Shown here in pieces: positions 29,101 through 32,000 of a DNA stretch of 32,000 nt. Numbering within the stretch: the stretch's first letter is position 1; every line of letters begins with the position of its first letter. Both the position numbers and the translations under genes were made by a program. The DNA is from Candidatus Methanoperedens sp. (lineage in GTDB: Archaea; Halobacteriota; Methanosarcinia; Methanosarcinales; Methanoperedenaceae). The stretch covers positions 1-32,000 of the forward strand of contig JAPZAR010000036.1 of assembly GCA_027460535.1 (NCBI GenBank), in the 5' to 3' direction. The notes below the pieces were generated by a model. It was given only the letters and a program-made list of their open reading frames with translations, was not told the DNA's origin and made no database searches.

Positions 29101-31019
29101 TGTGAGATATAAATATTGTGTGTGGTATTACCATCGGGAGTTTGAGACACAATAAGCTTAATTCGAGAAATATTATAATTCTGCTGTAGGTCAACATAAA
29201 TCCATGCGGGGGCATAACCTCCAGAATTCCAATGCGTATTCCAATCTCCGTCAAATGCATTGCTAGGAGGGGTATTATACCAAGAAGAGCTTGCATAGGC
29301 GGGTTTACCCAGTGCAACGTTATCAGGTGTATTGACATGCATCAAAGGCAGAAAATCCCCACCATTTGTTATTCCACCTGAGGAATTGTAGGGAAGCATT
29401 GTATCTCCCAGACCATCTCCCTCAGTGTCCATTCCAACATAATCAGACCAGTAGTTGCCACCAAGCCAAGATCCGCCTATGATATTAGTTCCGGATGTTT
29501 TTGTGATATTCCAGATGTTGTTTCCATTATCAAAAGCGTTGTTGGTGTTGTTGAAGTAGTTATTATAGATGAGGTTGCTGCTGGAATCGCCCAACGAAAT
29601 GCCGTAATTTTTATTATTCGATGCATTGTTGTTGCTCAGAATGTTGTTATTGCTTGAAAAGTTAAGAGAAATGCCGTTATAGTTGTTATTCGATGCATTG
29701 TTATTGCTCAACATATTGTTATTGCTGGAAGAGTACAGAATAATGCCAGATCCGTTGTTATTCAATGCTTTATTGTAGCTCAGTACATTGTTGCTGGACG
29801 GCAACAGAACAATGCCAGTGGCGCCGTTGTTGGATGCAGTATTGTTGCTTAGAAGATTATTGTTGCTGTAATAATCGCCCAGACCAATTCCATAGAAACG
29901 GTTGTTCGATGCATTATTATTGTTCAATGTATTGTTGCCATGAGGGCCCAGAAAAATGCCGACACTATTGTTCGATGCATTGTTATTACTCAGCGTGTTG
30001 TTGTCGCTGTAATAGTACAGATAAATGCCTCCATAGTTGCTCAAAATATTGTTGTTACTCAATATGTTGTTGCTGGAAGACCACAAAGAAATGCCGTCAC
30101 CGTTATTCAATACATTGTTGTTGCTTCTCAGCATGTTGTTGCTGGAAGAATACAGAAAAATGCCATTATAAAATTTATTGGCATTCAAATCCTTGATTGT
30201 GACTTCACTTCTTCCCGAAAGATAAACACCATTACCCGTACCACTTCCTGTTATTGTGTGCCCATTGCCATCAAGGGTTATGCTATCATTATCTATTTGG
30301 ATGTTGGAAGTCATATCCGTTGTCAGTGTGCAGGTCTTTGAGCTTATATTCCAAGTACCTATTAAGATACAGTCACCACCAGTTGCATTATCCTGAATAA
30401 ATATTGTACTGGGGAGCATATCGGCGGGACTGATAGCGAGAGTATTGAGGTTATTTAACTTGCCTGTCTCAGGCTGAATGAAAACAAAATGCGGCTTTGA
30501 AAGCTCCTGAGTATAAGTATAATTTCCATTACTATCTGTTTGGAAGGATAAAAAGTTATGGTAATTATCCTCGTATTTGTTGTATGTAGTTAGTGGGACA
30601 AAACCACCCAGAGTTATCTTTGCTGCCAGGGGGCCAGAAGCTGATTCAAACTTAATTGTAACCATTTTCGGGGCTGACTCAAGAATTATATTAATGGTCT
30701 CTGAGCTGTCCAGGGTTATGTTTAAATAATTGCTGTCATTAATTTCAAAATGCATGCCTTTAGCCTCAAGTCTTCCCGGAGATTTAAGCATGTCCTGATA
30801 TCTGGAACCCGCTATATGGTCTGATGCTAGAATGGTGAGACCATCTGTTCCAGCAACTCCAAAACTTGGAGTTATTTCTGTGAATTTCGGTACTGCTGCA
30901 CTTGCCGACCCTGCCATTATCCCTAAGAACAGCAGAATGACCGCTATAGGGATATTTTCAACAGCTTTTTTTACCTTTGTACAGAAACTCTGGCCTTTTA
31001 AGCCTTCAATTTTATCCAT
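26163..31019 (-). CDS. Giant mosaic surface protein: two NosD-type beta-helix modules, an F5/8 type C (discoidin) domain, four Ig-like repeats and two SdrD-B/Cna-B-like C-terminal domains
   Basis: 1618-codon ORF. ATG preceded by GGGTGAT. Signal/anchor IPIAVILLFLGIMAGSASAAV. Beta-helix 1 spans ~aa 226-558 and helix 2 ~aa 985-1290; both end in LGGNYWSDY.G.DT.GDGLGDTMLPY.SSG.ITNGGD.LPL. The discoidin-like region is NAFDGDWNTHWNSGG...WIYVDLQQNYNISRIKL (~aa 565-695). The repeated Ig-like unit is NITSFSPTTSTVTNNV.ESRTF.IT.NQ.VN.SWLI.G...TWDWNV. The two C-terminal domains are ISGFKINDTNGNGKW.AGE.GI..W.I.L...GFY.F.NL..G.Y.V.E....GF.P. No C-terminal TM or PGF-CTERM-like anchor is visible. Confidence 0.9.
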   Translation of the reverse strand: MDKIEGLKGQSFCTKVKKAVENIPIAVILLFLGIMAGSASAAVPKFTEITPSFGVAGTDGLTILASDHIAGSRYQDMLKSPGRLEAKGMHFEINDSNYLNITLDSSETINIILESAPKMVTIKFESASGPLAAKITLGGFVPLTTYNKYEDNYHNFLSFQTDSNGNYTYTQELSKPHFVFIQPETGKLNNLNTLAISPADMLPSTIFIQDNATGGDCILIGTWNISSKTCTLTTDMTSNIQIDNDSITLDGNGHTITGSGTGNGVYLSGRSEVTIKDLNANKFYNGIFLYSSSNNMLRSNNNVLNNGDGISLWSSSNNILSNNNILSNYGGIYLYYYSDNNTLSNNNASNNSVGIFLGPHGNNTLNNNNASNNRFYGIGLGDYYSNNNLLSNNTASNNGATGIVLLPSSNNVLSYNKALNNNGSGIILYSSSNNNMLSNNNASNNNYNGISLNFSSNNNILSNNNASNNKNYGISLGDSSSNLIYNNYFNNTNNAFDNGNNIWNITKTSGTNIIGGSWLGGNYWSDYVGMDTEGDGLGDTMLPYNSSGGITNGGDFLPLMHVNTPDNVALGKPAYASSSWYNTPPSNAFDGDWNTHWNSGGYAPAWIYVDLQQNYNISRIKLIVSQTPDGNTTHNIYISQDASNWTLVKTLSMYTNNKQILAEDFTPPLLNVRYVKVETVSSPSWIAWFEIEIYENPIGPGALNITSFSPTTSTVTNNVSESRTFNITTNQTVNVSWLIDGTEVFNETDVITSSYTNSSAALGTWNVTAVASNANGTAMQTWDWIVKAPPVAGVPVMISWSNTKTNDASLNIAANVSDAIRFNAAANQSIDTWNWLLNNVNQNNNFDNFSNHFAAPGNYIIKVNASNANGTSDTVTWNVNVTGITPPTGTPNIIDFSPLTTTVTNNVGESRTFSITSNQIVNASWLINRTEVFNETGVITSSYTNSSAALGTWNVSAVASNANGTAIQTWDWNVASITTTNRVHNINKGTNYSTIQAAIDDANPGNEINVDSGTYYENVNVDKQLILRGIDTGDGKPVVNANGSNAVTLSAGGITLDGFVAENASSYFGIWVNSTDNILRNNIASNNTYGIFLTSDTIGANSNNTLDNNTANSNSFSGIQIEFSGYNVLKDNTANSNLFGIVIFDSKKNNLTNNIVYSNSIGILIQDFISPTINNTLTNNTIKSNKYGIQIYSSLHSSSGNLIYNNYFNNTNNAYDDGNNIWSITKTLGTNVIGGSYLGGNYWSDYAGNDTDGDGLGDTMLPYKSSGNITNGGDYLPLIYVSTPGTGAPNITSFSPTTSTVTDNVGDSRTFSITVSQTVNITWLINGTQVQKNNGVTAASYTNTGAALGIWNVSALAQNTNGSDMQTWDWNVTQLIIGNGSISGFKINDTNGNGKWDAGEAGIQGWNITLKNATTGIVISSDLTDANGFYQFMNLVNGSYNVTEEMRIGFTPRNATFKLVNIAGLNVMNLNFTNQPLIQPLGGIISGFKINDTNGNGKWNAGEKGISNWTIRLIGIIGKGKNAKVIRKETFTDAMGFYKFDNLEAGRYFVIEKLKKGFVPTGSPVKRIKLAQGKNSMNNNFTNRPVNSRDKIDDQRNVDDYEAINRDIDKYKEDMEWN

Positions 31020-31370
31020 AATATCACCCTTATTTACCTGTATTTGATTAAAGTTTAGAGTATATTATTTGCATATAATAATTGTTACCCAGAAACCGGA
31101 ACAAATGGGATTATGTTACGGAAATGGAGTAACAAATTAGTTTCTCCAAAAAAGCGGTATGTATGGGCTTATCATCTGGTCCCGAATTGCCAATTTACTT
31201 TCGTATTTTATTTATTCCTTCAATTCTCTCAAGCCAGGAATTTCCTCTTTTTGATACTATGGTACTTTGCGAAAAGTATTAGAAATTATAAAACATTCAT
31301 CTGCTTGCGAAAATTGCAGATTTTATGAAACCTGACAGAAATGGAAGAATTATTGAAGAAACAGAAGGAT

Positions 31371-31754
31371 TTACCCCTTTTCGCTTGAACAATTGAGCAA
31401 TCTTTCTCTAAATTGAATATACCGTACAAGTTCATCCATATCAAAAACTATATGCATTTTCTTCATATAATCTGGCATATCATTTGATATGGGTATAACA
31501 TCACCATCTTCTGTAAACGTTTTGTTTAACATATCTTCATTACCAAATATCAGTACGGGGAAATACATAACACAAAATTTTCTCTTCATATCGTGATAAA
31601 TAAAAGTGTTAGGAAATTGAACCACAAATTTGCATTTCTGGCAGTGAAATATATAGATGCGTCCCTGAAATAGTTCTTCTTTTAATTCTGGATTAAGAGT
31701 TATATTCAGGGAATTCCAAATAGTTATTTTTACCTTTTCCCCACATTGGGGCAT
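31371..31754 (-). CDS. CpXC-domain protein (first Cys of the N-terminal knuckle replaced by the start Met)
   Basis: MPQCGEKVKITIWNSLNITLNPELKEELFQGRIYIFHCQKCKFVVQFPNTFIYHDMKRKF fits the CpXC pattern CPxCG...N....P.LK..L..G.....CP.CG......P..YHD. An in-frame stop 5 codons upstream of the ATG prevents extension. Confidence 0.5.
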   Translation of the reverse strand: MPQCGEKVKITIWNSLNITLNPELKEELFQGRIYIFHCQKCKFVVQFPNTFIYHDMKRKFCVMYFPVLIFGNEDMLNKTFTEDGDVIPISNDMPDYMKKMHIVFDMDELVRYIQFRERLLNCSSEKG

Positions 31755-32000
31755 TTTAGATCCAGATTTTTAGAGTCGGTAATTTTGTTACAAAAGAGAA
31801 TATTTTTCGTATTTACAGATTCGCTAATTTTTTTAGCAATTTCCATATGTGCATTCCAGGCATCTAGTTACCTACAGGCTCTCAGGGAAGCAGGTGAAAA
31901 GCATCACGAAAATGCAGGTGGATCCCGAGAATTATCTGCTGTAGCAGCAGGGCATACTATGGTGATCAAGGAAAGGCATTATGAGAAGGTAAGGGAGGAT

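Noticed and set aside
31113-31328. ORF 31113-31328 (+) between the giant gene and the CpXC gene
   Set aside because: It lies in the probable promoter/intergenic region of the giant gene, with a hydrophobic low-complexity translation, no motif and no ribosome-binding site.
31785-32000. Open plus-strand frame running off the window end (…LLQKRIFFVFTDSLIFLAISICAFQASSYLQALREAGEKHHENAGGSRELSAVAAGHTMVIKERHYEKVRED)
   Set aside because: There is no ATG before 31957, only a possible TTG at ~31785. It is truncated by the window and has no recognisable family. Possibly the start of a real membrane protein, but unsupported from this fragment.

Overview
This looks like an archaeal chromosomal segment. 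Split rpoB/rpoA genes, the gene order and an intron-containing tRNA suggest a methanogen/ANME-type euryarchaeon, possibly Methanosarcinales-like; that placement is inference only. Core content: enolase and an MTA/SAH-deaminase-type amidohydrolase on the minus strand, a tRNA-Lys(UUU) with a canonical bulge-helix-bulge intron, and the operon rpoH-rpoB2-rpoB1-rpoA1-rpoA2-rpl30e-nusA-rps12-rps7 (14.9-24.1 kb, plus strand). Accessory content: (i) two giant Asn-rich NosD-type beta-helix surface proteins (236-3946 and 26163-31019) with strong internal nucleotide repeats. (ii) A 3-kb island of three type II toxin-antitoxin modules, where two of three toxins are decayed but all antitoxins are intact, punctuated by a modular GC-rich repeat I cannot assign to a known family (four direct copies plus one distant fragment). 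(iii) A visibly AT-rich block encoding a membrane-anchored RmuC-like nuclease and an unknown tail-anchored protein. (iv) A small membrane protein, an alpha/beta hydrolase, a universal-stress-protein pseudogene and a CpXC-domain protein. I recognised no CRISPR array, rRNA, transposase or integrase. The best candidates for something undescribed are the repeat-delimited cassette-like TA array (4.9-7.8 kb) and the adjacent RmuC-like two-gene module (8.0-10.5 kb). Both are hypotheses that need database and genome-wide checks I cannot run here.
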